Shown here: positions 37,586-47,000 of the stretch, piece after piece
Layout of the letters: each line of letters starts with the position of its first letter
How positions within the stretch are numbered: the stretch's first letter is position 1
DNA from: Candidatus Kaiserbacteria bacterium
GTDB taxonomy: Bacteria > Patescibacteriota > Minisyncoccia > Phycocordibacterales > UBA2100
Assembly: GCA_016186765.1 (NCBI GenBank)
Contig: JACPLD010000005.1
Coordinates: 13,785 to 77,784 of the forward strand
Length of the DNA stretch: 64,000 bases
Direction of reading: 5' to 3'
Translations under genes and position numbers: made by a program
Notes under the pieces: model-generated
The model's input: only the letters and a program-made list of their open reading frames with translations
Told to the model about the DNA's origin: nothing
The model's database searches: none

Positions 37586-38260
37586 TTAATGGGGTTTGCT
37601 CAGATTCTTTGCAATTTCAGTTAGACTTTCAAGAATCTTTTCAGGTATGGTATTTGCGTCTGGTTTATGTTCTGGTCTAGCGCAGAGGACTTCTATCACT
37701 TCGTCTAGGAAGCGTTCTTTTATAACAGCGTCATCCGTCGAGGTAAATATGTTGTGATAAGCCTGCGCCATTGCTTTTCGATTCGCAAAGTCAATCCGTA
37801 GTTTATTGAAATGCGAGAACTGGCGTAATGAAAATACGAGTGCAGTAATAGTCAGAAAATTAATTATGTGATATTCGATCTTGTCGTACCAAAGTTTTCC
37901 CTCTCCTAACCACAAAGACACTGCGAACGAAACTGCAACAGCGACAAAAGAAATAATTGAGTATTTGAACCACTTTGTAGCATCACTCTGATATTCTGAT
38001 TCCTGGTCTTTGTATGCTTGTGCTAGTTTCTTTAATTCTCGATCGTTAAGTTGATCTTGTTTTTCAGAAACACTTTCCTTCAATTTCTCTACCTCGGCTT
38101 TGGCCGCATCCAAGTCCGCTTGCAGCGCTGCTTTCTCAGTAGCGAAAGTGGTGTCTTTGTTTGCCAGATCCTGTACACGCTGAGTTTCCTTGAGGCTTAT
38201 TTCGCCTTTCAGCGTGCTTATTTGAGTCTCCAGGTCTGCTCTACTTGACTTTTTTGCCAT
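37586..38260 (-). CDS. coiled-coil protein with two central TM helices (SLATT-like 2TM effector candidate)
   Basis: The 224-aa product has an N-terminal ~100-aa coiled coil, TM1 YSIISFVAVAVSFAVSLWLG, TM2 IINFLTITALVFSL, and a C-terminal helical region. Confidence 0.45.
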   Translation of the reverse strand: MAKKSSRADLETQISTLKGEISLKETQRVQDLANKDTTFATEKAALQADLDAAKAEVEKLKESVSEKQDQLNDRELKKLAQAYKDQESEYQSDATKWFKYSIISFVAVAVSFAVSLWLGEGKLWYDKIEYHIINFLTITALVFSLRQFSHFNKLRIDFANRKAMAQAYHNIFTSTDDAVIKERFLDEVIEVLCARPEHKPDANTIPEKILESLTEIAKNLSKPH

Positions 38261-38271
38261 GAAATCGAATC

Positions 38272-38288
38272 ATCCCACAAATCTTCAT
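38272..38288 (-). promoter_or_regulatory. second copy of the ATGAAGATTTGTGGGAT motif, 11 nt upstream of the coiled-coil/2TM gene start
   Basis: It is an exact 17/17 match to 37524-37540 at identical spacing to the start codon. Confidence 0.35.
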
Positions 38289-38416
38289 TTTGCCTAGCCC
38301 TTCGGAGCTTTAGCGAAGTAGGGGGGAACTCAGAGTCGGTGGCGCATCACTGGCATGACGCGCAGAAAAAGAGAGCGTAGAATGAGGGGTATTAGTAGGT
38401 AACAAAACCCCTTACT

Positions 38417-38641
38417 ATGAAAAAAGCTCTTGGGGCAGGCATTGTAGGTTCTCTCCTCTTTGGGGGAATAGTACTCGCGAATTCACACAAGGTGCAGGTA
38501 TGTCACCAGACGAGCGCGGAGAACAACTCAGTCGTGCTGATCAACGTCGCTGCAAAAGCCGTCGACGCGCACCTCGCTCATGGCGACACACTCGCAACGG
38601 ATGGTAACTGCGACGGTAACGGCAGTGGCGACCCGAACTAA
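38417..38641 (+). CDS. small secreted hypothetical protein
   Basis: The 74-aa product has a signal peptide and a C-terminal CDGNGSGDPN. Confidence 0.35.
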   Translation: MKKALGAGIVGSLLFGGIVLANSHKVQVCHQTSAENNSVVLINVAAKAVDAHLAHGDTLATDGNCDGNGSGDPN

Positions 38642-38645
38642 CTCA

Positions 38646-38954
38646 TCAGATTTCGAGAGTGAACGTGATGGTGTCGCCTTCGGAGATGCCTTCGGCGCGG
38701 CGGATGGATGCTTTGAGCGGCAGGAGGTAGGTGCCGGAGCGCTTGTCGGGGAAAATGGAGGTCTTCCACTTCGTCTTCCCCATCGTCACGGTCACCCGAA
38801 GTGATCCGAATCCCCTCTTGTGACTTCCATGTCTCTCCTTGATCTCCTCCGACAGCTTTTTATCGACATGCGCAAAATGCCAAGCTCCCTGCTCGCCCGG
38901 CCAGAGCCACACCCTCGCCTTCACCCTGTACTGCTTCATCGCAGCTTTTTGCAA
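38646..38954 (-). CDS. DUF1905 domain protein
   Basis: The 102-aa product has WHFAHVDKKLSEEIK...GSLRVTVTMGKTKWKTSIFPDKRSGTYLLPLKASIRR. Confidence 0.55.
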   Translation of the reverse strand: MQKAAMKQYRVKARVWLWPGEQGAWHFAHVDKKLSEEIKERHGSHKRGFGSLRVTVTMGKTKWKTSIFPDKRSGTYLLPLKASIRRAEGISEGDTITFTLEI

Positions 38955-39241
38955 AATGCTAGAATGTGCTCGGCTCGTGGCGTAAGGCGGTGACGTACAT
39001 GAGGGCCGTCGCTGCGCTTCATAAGAAGCCCCGCGATCGCCATTTTTCTGACGTGATCAGATGCGTTCTCATAGCCCATATGGAGACGTTCGGCAATGTC
39101 GTTCACAGAAAGCTCGGGCTGGCGCTTTAAAAGATCCAGCATCTCGAGGCGACGATGATTGGCAAACCCCTTCACGATACGCTCGAGCTTTCGGTACTGC
39201 CCTGCCATACTGATATCGTACCCTATTGCAGTCTTTTGCAA
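38936..39241 (-). CDS. ArsR/SmtB-family HTH transcriptional regulator
   Basis: The 101-aa product has a winged-helix region HRRLEMLDLLKRQPELSVNDIAERLHMGYENASDHVRKMAIAGLL. Confidence 0.7.
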   Translation of the reverse strand: MQKTAIGYDISMAGQYRKLERIVKGFANHRRLEMLDLLKRQPELSVNDIAERLHMGYENASDHVRKMAIAGLLMKRSDGPHVRHRLTPRAEHILAFCKKLR

Positions 39242-39262
39242 AACACTAGAATATAGAATAGA

Positions 39263-40132
39263 TCAATCGCGGACGAGGACTTGTGTGCCGATGTCGGCCC
39301 ACTCGTAGAGAGTGCGGGCTTCTGCAAGCGGGAGGTTCACACAGCCGTTGGACCAACGACGACTGAAACTATTGTGCCAATAGGCACCGTGGATCACGCC
39401 GCCTTCGTTCGTGAAGTAGAGGTTCCATGGAACTCCTGGAAGATCATAATACTTTTCGCTAATTCCCGGCAGCGGACCTTGCATGTAGCGTGTCGGCGTT
39501 TTTTTGTAGACGGTGAAGTTGCCGCGCGGCGTCGGCGTGAGCTCTATTCCTGTTGAGATCAGAACTTCGATGAAAAGCTGCTCGTCTTCATAGGCATAAA
39601 GCTTTTGCTCCGAGCGATCCACGATGATTCGCTTCGTCGTTGATGCTTGTCCACCTGCCTGCGCAGGCAGGTCGAGCTCGCGAACACCATCGGCATAAAA
39701 ATGCCGCACATCCGATGCCGCGACATACTGGTTCCACACGACGCGCTCCGGATAGCGAAGTGGCTCGTCGAAGACGACTTTGTACCAAAGATGCAGCTCG
39801 TCAAGCGCAGCGCCTTCAACCTTCAGGACGATTCCTTTTCGCAGACGATTGACTATCTTGTATTCCTCGCCTGGTCCCGCACGCGAATACACGCATTCCC
39901 CCGCGTACGCGTAATTGCATCCCATCTCGATCTCTACGTACTCATACAAAGGCGAAGGTGGAACAACTTCGGCGTGAGCTTGCACAACGATTTGCGGCGT
40001 CGCGGATACATCAGGACCATCAGAGGGGCCTGCCTCCGTAGGGAGAAATAGCCACACGAGTGATGCGAGTGCAACGGCAAGGATCGCGCCTGCCGAGAGA
40101 GGAGAGAATCGAATAGTGCGCATCAGCTCCAT
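39263..40132 (-). CDS. L,D-transpeptidase (YkuD domain) with N-terminal anchor
   Basis: The 289-aa product has the catalytic motif HGAYWHNSFSRRWSNGCVNL. Confidence 0.8.
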   Translation of the reverse strand: MELMRTIRFSPLSAGAILAVALASLVWLFLPTEAGPSDGPDVSATPQIVVQAHAEVVPPSPLYEYVEIEMGCNYAYAGECVYSRAGPGEEYKIVNRLRKGIVLKVEGAALDELHLWYKVVFDEPLRYPERVVWNQYVAASDVRHFYADGVRELDLPAQAGGQASTTKRIIVDRSEQKLYAYEDEQLFIEVLISTGIELTPTPRGNFTVYKKTPTRYMQGPLPGISEKYYDLPGVPWNLYFTNEGGVIHGAYWHNSFSRRWSNGCVNLPLAEARTLYEWADIGTQVLVRD

Positions 40133-40178
40133 TTCTGCATTGTATGCAGGTGAAGCAGCAGAGCCAAATTGTTCGACG

Positions 40179-40790
40179 CTATTGGCTCAAAATGAGAGAG
40201 TCGCGGACCTCGTTGAACGACTCGAGGAGTGTCGTGCGGTCGAACTCCTGTACCGTGCCCGGCTCATAGTTGCCGATGTTGGTCGAGTGCAGAAGATAGC
40301 GCACAGCAGTGCAGGGCTTTGAGCCGATGAGCGCATAGACCTGTTCTTCGTAGATGTTACCCGCAGCAGCGCCGGTTGTCGTTGCGACGGAATAGGTCGT
40401 GGTGCCGACTGTAAGCTCAAATGCTTTAACGTTTGGAACGATGTAGATGTCGCCGGTGCAGTTCTTCGCACGCGGAAGCCATTCGACTGCAATGTACGTA
40501 TTAGAAGAAAGGTTCGTGCCCTCTGCCGCACTCGCTGGTATCGTGAAGCTCACACCCGCAATTGGCTTCCCCTCGAACTGATCGTACGTGTAGGATTCGT
40601 CGAGCGTAAAGTTGCTCGGATACTGAATTGAAAACGTTGAGGTCGCATACGTGCTCATCGTGGGCACTGCGGATGGTGTGGGCGAAGGAAGCGCTGCGGT
40701 ACCAAACGCTTGCCATGCATAATAGCCGCTAAGTGCGATGAGAATGATAACGATTGCACCGATAACGTATTTCGCCATCGCCTTCATCAT
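40179..40790 (-). CDS. secreted hypothetical protein
   Basis: I set the start at MMKAMAKYVIGAIVIILIAL, a signal/anchor. The product has a Thr/Ser-rich segment. The 239-aa ORF-track extension is unlikely to be real. Confidence 0.45.
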   Translation of the reverse strand: MMKAMAKYVIGAIVIILIALSGYYAWQAFGTAALPSPTPSAVPTMSTYATSTFSIQYPSNFTLDESYTYDQFEGKPIAGVSFTIPASAAEGTNLSSNTYIAVEWLPRAKNCTGDIYIVPNVKAFELTVGTTTYSVATTTGAAAGNIYEEQVYALIGSKPCTAVRYLLHSTNIGNYEPGTVQEFDRTTLLESFNEVRDSLILSQ

Positions 40791-41420
40791 GGCACAAAAG
40801 TCTCCAACACGTTTGGTTAGAAAACAAAGAAAAACACTTGTCCACAGAGTGGGTGGGGAACGGCTTGTCCGGCAACGCGGCAGGCTATAATGACCCAAAA
40901 CGAAAAGGTGCCTTGGCGGGCACCTTTCGCCGTTTCATTCCACTCCCCTAGTCGTTGAGTCGCCTTCGCCCTACAGAGGGACAAGCGTCCTTCGGGCAAG
41001 GAGGGCTACCAAACCCCTTTACGTCCTCATGTTCTCGCCTGCGTCGGGAATGAACATCGCTCCGTCGGCTGGAAGCTCGAGAAAGTTTCTTTCTTCTCCA
41101 CCCTTGTCGGAGAAGAAGAACCGCCACCCCTCTTGCCACTAGGTCAAAGAATCTCCAGAACCTCTTGAGGCGGTGTTACCCGCTACCAAAGACTTTGAAG
41201 ACCCCGCCGGAGCCCCTGCACGCGCTGCCGCTTCGAGTGCGGCTTCCGCGCAGAGAGAGTGGTGTGGCGATCTTGCGACCGCCACACCGTCGAAAATTCT
41301 AGCAGAGCTGTTTCGGCGTCAAATCAGTAGACATGCCCGAGAATTGTGGAGAGTGGGTGGATAGGCGGTGGATATCAACAGGCCACGCTTTCAGCCTCAA
41401 AATACGGATATAATTCAGCT

Positions 41421-41645
41421 ATGAACCAACAACTATTGATCGGGGCTGTTATTGGAATAATCGTCGGCGCGGTCGCAGGATACTACTTCGGCTACGACAA
41501 CGGGTGGGAAAAGGCCGTCGCATCGCTGGAATCCCAAAATACTGAAGCGGAAGCGGTGAACCCATTCGAAGACGTGACGACAAATCCTCTCAAAGACGTA
41601 AAGACGAATCCATATCAGGACGTGAAGACGAATCCGTTTGAATAG
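41421..41645 (+). CDS. small single-TM protein with tandem DV(K/T)TNP repeats
   Basis: The product is MNQQLLIGAVIGIIVGAVAGYYFGY..., with a C-terminus NPFEDVTTNPLKDVKTNPYQDVKTNPFE containing four NP-repeats. It lies directly upstream of the Cys-rich repeat protein. Confidence 0.45.
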   Translation: MNQQLLIGAVIGIIVGAVAGYYFGYDNGWEKAVASLESQNTEAEAVNPFEDVTTNPLKDVKTNPYQDVKTNPFE

Positions 41646-41681
41646 CTTCGAGCTGCAAGCTTCTAGCTTCTAGACAAATAC

Positions 41682-43568
41682 ATGAATATAAAAACACTGA
41701 TAGCAACGACTGCAGCGGGAATACTGTTCGCAGCCGGTGTTACGTTTGCGCAAGAAGAAAACGTCACCTTCCCTATTCCGGAATTAGGTGGTTGTGAATC
41801 GAAGGAAGCGTGTCACTCGTATTGCGAAGACTCCGCCAATCACGAGGCGTGCATCACCTTTGCCGAGAAGAACAACTTGATGAGCGAGGACGAGGTTGCA
41901 ATCGCGCGCAAGATCGGGAGCGCAACGGGCCCCGGAGGATGCGTGGGCCTGCAATGCAAAAATTACTGCGACGATGACGCGCATATTGATGAGTGTCTCG
42001 CCTTCGCCGAAGAGCACGGCATCATTCCACCGGAGGAGATCGAAATCGCAAAAGAGGTGCGCACAAAAGGCGGGCCGGGCGGATGCAGGAGCGAGCGGGA
42101 GTGCCGTGCGTACTGCGACGCGGAGGGACATTTTGAGGAGTGCCTCGCGTTCGCGGAGAAACACAATTTGATACCGAAAGAGGAATTGGCGATGGCCAAA
42201 AAAATGGGCGACAAGCCGGGGCCGGGGGGATGCCGGCGCGAGGCGTGCAAGACATACTGTGAAAATCCTGCGCACATGGACGAGTGCATCAACTTTGCCG
42301 TTGAGAACGGATTCATGAGCGCGGAGGAGGTGGAGATGGCCCGCAAGATGGGCAACAAAACCGGCCCCGGCGGATGCCGAGGCGAAGCGTGTCGCACCTA
42401 CTGCGACGACCCCGCACACATGGAAGAGTGCATCAATTTCGGGCTCGAAAATGGCTTGATGAGCCCGGAAGAAGCCGAACGCGCGAAAAAGTTCGGCAAC
42501 AAGCCCGGACCGGGCGGATGTCGCGGAAGGGAGTGCGAGACGTACTGCAAGGATCCGGCTCACATGGACGCGTGCATCGCCTTTGCGGAAGAAAACGGCA
42601 TGATGTCAAAGGAAGAAGCCGGGCAAGCGCGGAAGATCGGTAACAAGCCAGGACCAGGAGGCTGCCGTGGGCAAGAGTGCCGCACCTACTGCGACGATCC
42701 CGCCCACCAGGAGGCCTGCATGCAGTTCGCGATTGAAAACGGCCTTATGAGCGAAGAAGATGCCACCCGCATGAAAGAAATGGGCAACTTCGAGGGACCC
42801 GGCGGATGCAAGGGAGAGGAGTGCCGAACGTACTGCGATGACCCGGCTCACATGGAGGAGTGCCGCGCGTTTGCAGAGGAGCGCGGGTTGCGTGGTCCAC
42901 GCGGCGGACCGGGGCCGGAAGGAATGAAGGGCCCCGGTAGCTGCTCGAGTCCCGAAGAGTGCCGAGCGTACTGCGAAAGCCATCCGGACGAATGCGGAGG
43001 CGGCTTCAAACCGGGCGAAGGGCCCGACCATTCCGTCGGGCAGGAGCGTGCGATTGAGATGCGTGGATTTGAAATCCCGCCAGGACTCATGGAAGAGTGC
43101 AGACAAAATCCCGAAGCGTGCCGGCAGCGTTTCCAAGAGCAAGGCGGCATGGGAGAGGAAGCTCAGCACATGAACAAGTTCCTCGGCCGGCCGGAAGGGA
43201 AACCGTACCAGCCCGAAGGGATGATGCCACCTGAAAGCTTCCGTCCACCCGATGGACAGCAGCATCCCGAGTTTCAGCAGCAGCAGTACCAGCAAGAATA
43301 TCAGCGGCAATATGAGCAACAGTACCAACGACAGTTCGAGCAGCAGTACCAGCAACAATCGCAGCAGTTCATGCCACCGCCTGGCGATCACCCGCCCGAA
43401 GGAGGAAGCTTTGCCCCGCCGCCCGATGGAGGAGGAATGATGCAACCTCCACCCGATGGTGGAACATTCGAGCAACCTCCTCCCCCACCACCTTCTGATG
43501 CACCGCAAGCAGCAGCCTCGAGATTCGTCGCTTCAGTGCTCTCGATTTTCTTGAGTCTGCTCCAGTAG
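41682..43568 (+). CDS. secreted Cys-rich, Met-rich tandem-repeat protein (10 x ~42-aa repeats) with Q/Y-rich and P/G-rich C-terminal regions and a hydrophobic tail
   Basis: The product has a signal peptide. The repeat unit is GPGGC-x4/5-C-x2-YC-xD-x-AH-x2-EC-x2-FA-x-ENG-hMS-xEE-x3-A-x-K-h-G-xKP. Each of the 10 repeats has 4 Cys and a conserved His. The C-terminus has QQQYQQEYQRQYEQQYQRQFEQQYQQQ, a PPPD/GG-rich segment, and a final VASVLSIFLSLLQ. Confidence 0.7.
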   Translation: MNIKTLIATTAAGILFAAGVTFAQEENVTFPIPELGGCESKEACHSYCEDSANHEACITFAEKNNLMSEDEVAIARKIGSATGPGGCVGLQCKNYCDDDAHIDECLAFAEEHGIIPPEEIEIAKEVRTKGGPGGCRSERECRAYCDAEGHFEECLAFAEKHNLIPKEELAMAKKMGDKPGPGGCRREACKTYCENPAHMDECINFAVENGFMSAEEVEMARKMGNKTGPGGCRGEACRTYCDDPAHMEECINFGLENGLMSPEEAERAKKFGNKPGPGGCRGRECETYCKDPAHMDACIAFAEENGMMSKEEAGQARKIGNKPGPGGCRGQECRTYCDDPAHQEACMQFAIENGLMSEEDATRMKEMGNFEGPGGCKGEECRTYCDDPAHMEECRAFAEERGLRGPRGGPGPEGMKGPGSCSSPEECRAYCESHPDECGGGFKPGEGPDHSVGQERAIEMRGFEIPPGLMEECRQNPEACRQRFQEQGGMGEEAQHMNKFLGRPEGKPYQPEGMMPPESFRPPDGQQHPEFQQQQYQQEYQRQYEQQYQRQFEQQYQQQSQQFMPPPGDHPPEGGSFAPPPDGGGMMQPPPDGGTFEQPPPPPPSDAPQAAASRFVASVLSIFLSLLQ

Positions 43569-43573
43569 TGAGC

Positions 43574-43969
43574 TTACTTCTCCTCCAAATCAAGGCAGAC
43601 TGAATTGATGCAGTAGCGCTTCCCCGTTTTTGTCGGCCCATCGTCAAACACGTGCCCAAGATGCGAGCCGCAGCGCTTACAGGTGATCTCTACGCGGCGC
43701 ATACCGTGTGATGTGTCTTCCATGTACTCAACCGAGTCGGGAAGTGCATCATCGAAACTCGGCCAACCTGTCCCCGAGTCGAACTTTGCACTTGAGTCAA
43801 AGAGCGGGTTCCCGCATGCCGCGCATGCATACGTCCCATCTGCTTTCTCGTGAAGGTACTCTCCTGTAAACGCAGGCTCCGTCCCCTTCTCCCGCAACAC
43901 GCGGTACTGTTCGGGTGTAAGTACTTTTTTCCACTCTTTCTCGCTTTGAGGCATGGGATGTTGTGTCAT
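43574..43969 (-). CDS. msrB: peptide methionine sulfoxide reductase MsrB
   Basis: The 131-aa product has the [13 protein letters not shown] CxxC motif, GWPSF, and the catalytic [21 protein letters not shown]. Confidence 0.9.
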   Translation of the reverse strand: MTQHPMPQSEKEWKKVLTPEQYRVLREKGTEPAFTGEYLHEKADGTYACAACGNPLFDSSAKFDSGTGWPSFDDALPDSVEYMEDTSHGMRRVEITCKRCGSHLGHVFDDGPTKTGKRYCINSVCLDLEEK

Positions 43970-44034
43970 GCGCTAACTATAGCAAACCGCGCCCCGCAAA
44001 CGCGGGACGCAGCATGCGTATCGAATAATGTCCG

Positions 44035-47000
44035 CTAGTACCCTGTGGTGGTTGTCGCAGTTGTCGTTGCGGTGATAGTCACACTCACGGTTGCCGTTGT
44101 TGTGCTTGTTGATGAGGTACTTGTTGCTGTTTCCGGAGCTGCTTGCGGTGAGCTCGTCGAAATCGAAGTCGGCGCCGGAGTCGGCTCGGACGCAGGCGCA
44201 GGAGCCGGTGTCGTGGTATTTGCCGCAAGCCACGCTGCGAGAACCTCGTTTAGTTTTGCGCGCGTCATGGACCCGATATTCCCGTAGCCCGCGTCACCCG
44301 GTTTTGCGATACCATGCTTCTCCTGGAATTTTTGGATCGCCTTCAACGTGAGCCGTCCGAAGAGTGTCGTCTCGCTCCCCGGCGAGCCGTCACCCGCCTC
44401 CGCGATGCGCGTGTCGGCATCGGTGTTGAGGACGACTTGCAGGAGCTTCACATCATCTCCCGACGAGCCGACCTTCAGCGCGCGGACGAAAGTGCCGACA
44501 GAAACTGCGGCGTTTCCGCTTTGGGTTTGTCCTTGCGGAGAAGCTTCGGGCGCGGCAACGCCGCTGCCGAATATTTCGCCGATCCTCGCGCGCGTCTTCG
44601 GGCCGAGCGTGCCGAAGCCTTCTTCGCCCGGTCCGGCTATGCCGTACTTTTGCTGGAACGCCTCGACTGCCGCTCTGGTAAGCGCACCGAAGTAGCCTGT
44701 TGCGTCGACGCCAAGCAGTGTCTGGAGGCGCGACACATCACTGCCACGAGAGCCTTGCGAAAGCCGAGCCGTAAACAAGGCATTTGCACTTCCCGGCGCC
44801 GGTGCAGGCAGACTCGAAGCATCTGCCGCTTGAGCTGCACCTTCGGCACCTGTGGTGAGCGAAGTCGAACCAAAGAGCTCGTTGAGCTTAGCGCGTGTCA
44901 TAGGACCGACAATGCCAAATCCTGCATCGCCCGCCTTCGCAATACCGTGCTTCATCTGGAATGATTGCACTGCCGCTCGGGTCAGCGGCCCGAAGTACCC
45001 TGTTGTATCGACACCGAGCGCTTTTTGCAGACGCGCGACGTCGGCATGCCTAGAGCCCTGCTTGAGAAGAACCGCGAAGCGAGCCCCGCCGAGCGGAGCG
45101 GCACCTGAAGCGCCCGTGGCAACGCCGAGGTTTTGGTCGACGTACGTAACAGTGCCATCAGGATAGATGATCTGTGCCTTCGCGATTGTCGCGGTCGGCT
45201 GCGCGATACTGCCTCCTCCTCCACCACCACCGCCTCCACCGCCACTGCTGCCACTGCTTCCGCTACTGCCACTACTGCCGGAGCTGCCCGACGATTGCGC
45301 GGGCGCGATCGGCGCGAAATCGGAGAAGTGAGAAACGTTCGCGGTGAGCGTGTTATTCGTCGTATCCACGGTCGTCGAGAGCATGTCGTAGGCTTGCGTC
45401 GCGTCGTTCCACACACCAAGCTGCAGGTCACTCTCCGAAGTCCCGCTCGGGATGTCGGCCTCTGTGTACGGAACAACAACCGTGACCTCATCATTCAAGG
45501 TTTTTACGGGCTGTCCCGAGGAATCGACCGCGCTGATCGTGACGGCGTTCTTCGAGAGGACGCTTCCGTTCGCAATAGCTGGAACGGCGGTGTTTGCCTG
45601 CGTCTTTACCGTGCCGGCGTTCGAGCCCGTGCCCAAGGCATTAGCCGGAATCGTGAGCTTGAAGGTGCTGCCGATGTCGGAATTGGTGACGAAGCCGCCT
45701 GCCGTGGGCGTAATCGTCTCCTGTCTCTCGGCCGTCAGCGTGAATCCAGATATTGCCGAGAGTGTGATGTTCTGATTGCTCTGAGATGCGCTCGTGGTAT
45801 CTGCGGTCGTGTTCCCCGTATAGCCGATCGAGCGCGCGGTGACCGTCCACGAACCGGGCGAGACACTGAGAGAATAGGCGCCCGCAGAATCGGTTTGTGC
45901 GACCGCGAATCCCCCGGAGCCGTTCGTCGCATCGACGAACGCGCCCGAGACACCGGTGCCGGAGAGCGAGACGGTACCGGAGATCGTCCGTGAGGCGGCT
46001 TTCAGAGATACGCCGGAGGGCGTTGTGTCGCCGGTGACGGTAACGCTCAAAGGAGCGAGCAGAATGTAGCCGGGTTTATCGGCACGAATCTGGTAGCTCC
46101 CCTTCGGCACGCGGATCGAATACTGACCCTCGCTATTGGTCTGACCGCCGATACTGATGACATTCGTTTGCCCGGTCGGCGTTCCCGTCAGAGAAACGAA
46201 CGCGTTATCTATTGGCGCGTCGGCTACCACGCCGCCCGTGATGGTGTAGAGCTGCGGCGCCGTGTAGGTAATGGTCTGCGTCGAATTGACGCTCGCGGTC
46301 GAGCCGATAGGACCGAATGCAGGATGCCCTGCGCGGATCGTGTAGGTGCCGGGCGAGAGCGTGAGCGTGTAGGTGGCGTTCGCGCCTGAACTCGTGCTCT
46401 CGCTCGTGCCGTTGCCGCGGCCAGAAGAAGTGCGCGCGTCCACATAGGCCCCCGTTATTGGATTCGTGCCGTCGGTGAGTTTGACGGTCACGGTGATGGG
46501 GGCCGCAAGCGCGCAGTTGTTGCTGTAGCTTGTCGTATCCGCGGTAGAGGTGACGTCGATCGGGGTCGAATCGCCGATTCCCGGGAAGAAGCAGGTGAGA
46601 GTGTAACTTCCGGCAGGTAGTTTCAGTGTGTACACGCCGTCTGCATCAGAGACACCCATGTTGCCGCCGTTCGCTCCTTCGGCATGTACCATGACGCCCT
46701 GCACCGCCGTTCCCGCCTTTGTGGTCGTTCCCGTGACCGTACCGAGCGAGAGATTTTGAGCAGAGAAGTCCTGTCCCGAGAGCGAAGAGCCCGAAACCGT
46801 CACGGTCTTTGCTCCCAGTTTGCCGAATCCGGGTGCGTATGCCTCGATGCGCCAGACGCCGTTTGTGACGTAGAGCGTGTACGCGCCGTTTGCATCCGTC
46901 GGCCCGCCGACGAAGTTCTGCTGTCCGCCACCCACTGGCGTCGTATCTGCGGCAGAATTTACCTTTCGGCCTCCGACGCCCGAGTACGAAATTGCATTAC

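Larger units (their letters stand above)
35760..38400. mobile_element. low-GC (~35-40%) genomic island of probable horizontal origin carrying a three-gene defence-like module
   Basis: Composition shifts abruptly from about 58% GC in the flanks to an AT-rich interior. The island holds an EVE-nuclease gene, a MazG-like gene and a coiled-coil 2TM gene, plus a 59-aa ORF. No flanking tRNA, integrase or direct repeats were found. Confidence 0.55.

Noticed and set aside
40899-41420. tmRNA, SRP or 6S RNA in the 500-nt spacer (it contains ...agggctaccaaacccc...)
   Set aside because: No tRNA-like T-loop/acceptor (GGTTCGA.TCC...CCA), no tag reading frame, and no SRP domain IV motif could be found. It is probably a promoter/leader region, though a novel sRNA cannot be excluded.
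41784-43508. Long minus-strand ORFs (259 aa, 300 aa) with Arg/Ala/Leu-rich composition
   Set aside because: They are antisense to the Cys-rich repeat gene and inherit its periodicity. No independent support exists.
41682-43568. Possible CRISPR-like array suggested by the ~126-nt periodic DNA repeats
   Set aside because: The periodicity is the in-frame coding repeat of the Cys-rich protein. There are no short identical direct repeats with unique spacers, and a signal peptide and continuous ORF are present.
45133-45993. 286-aa plus-strand ORF inside the giant gene
   Set aside because: It is antisense to the 2442-aa ORF, very Arg-rich, and a typical shadow ORF.
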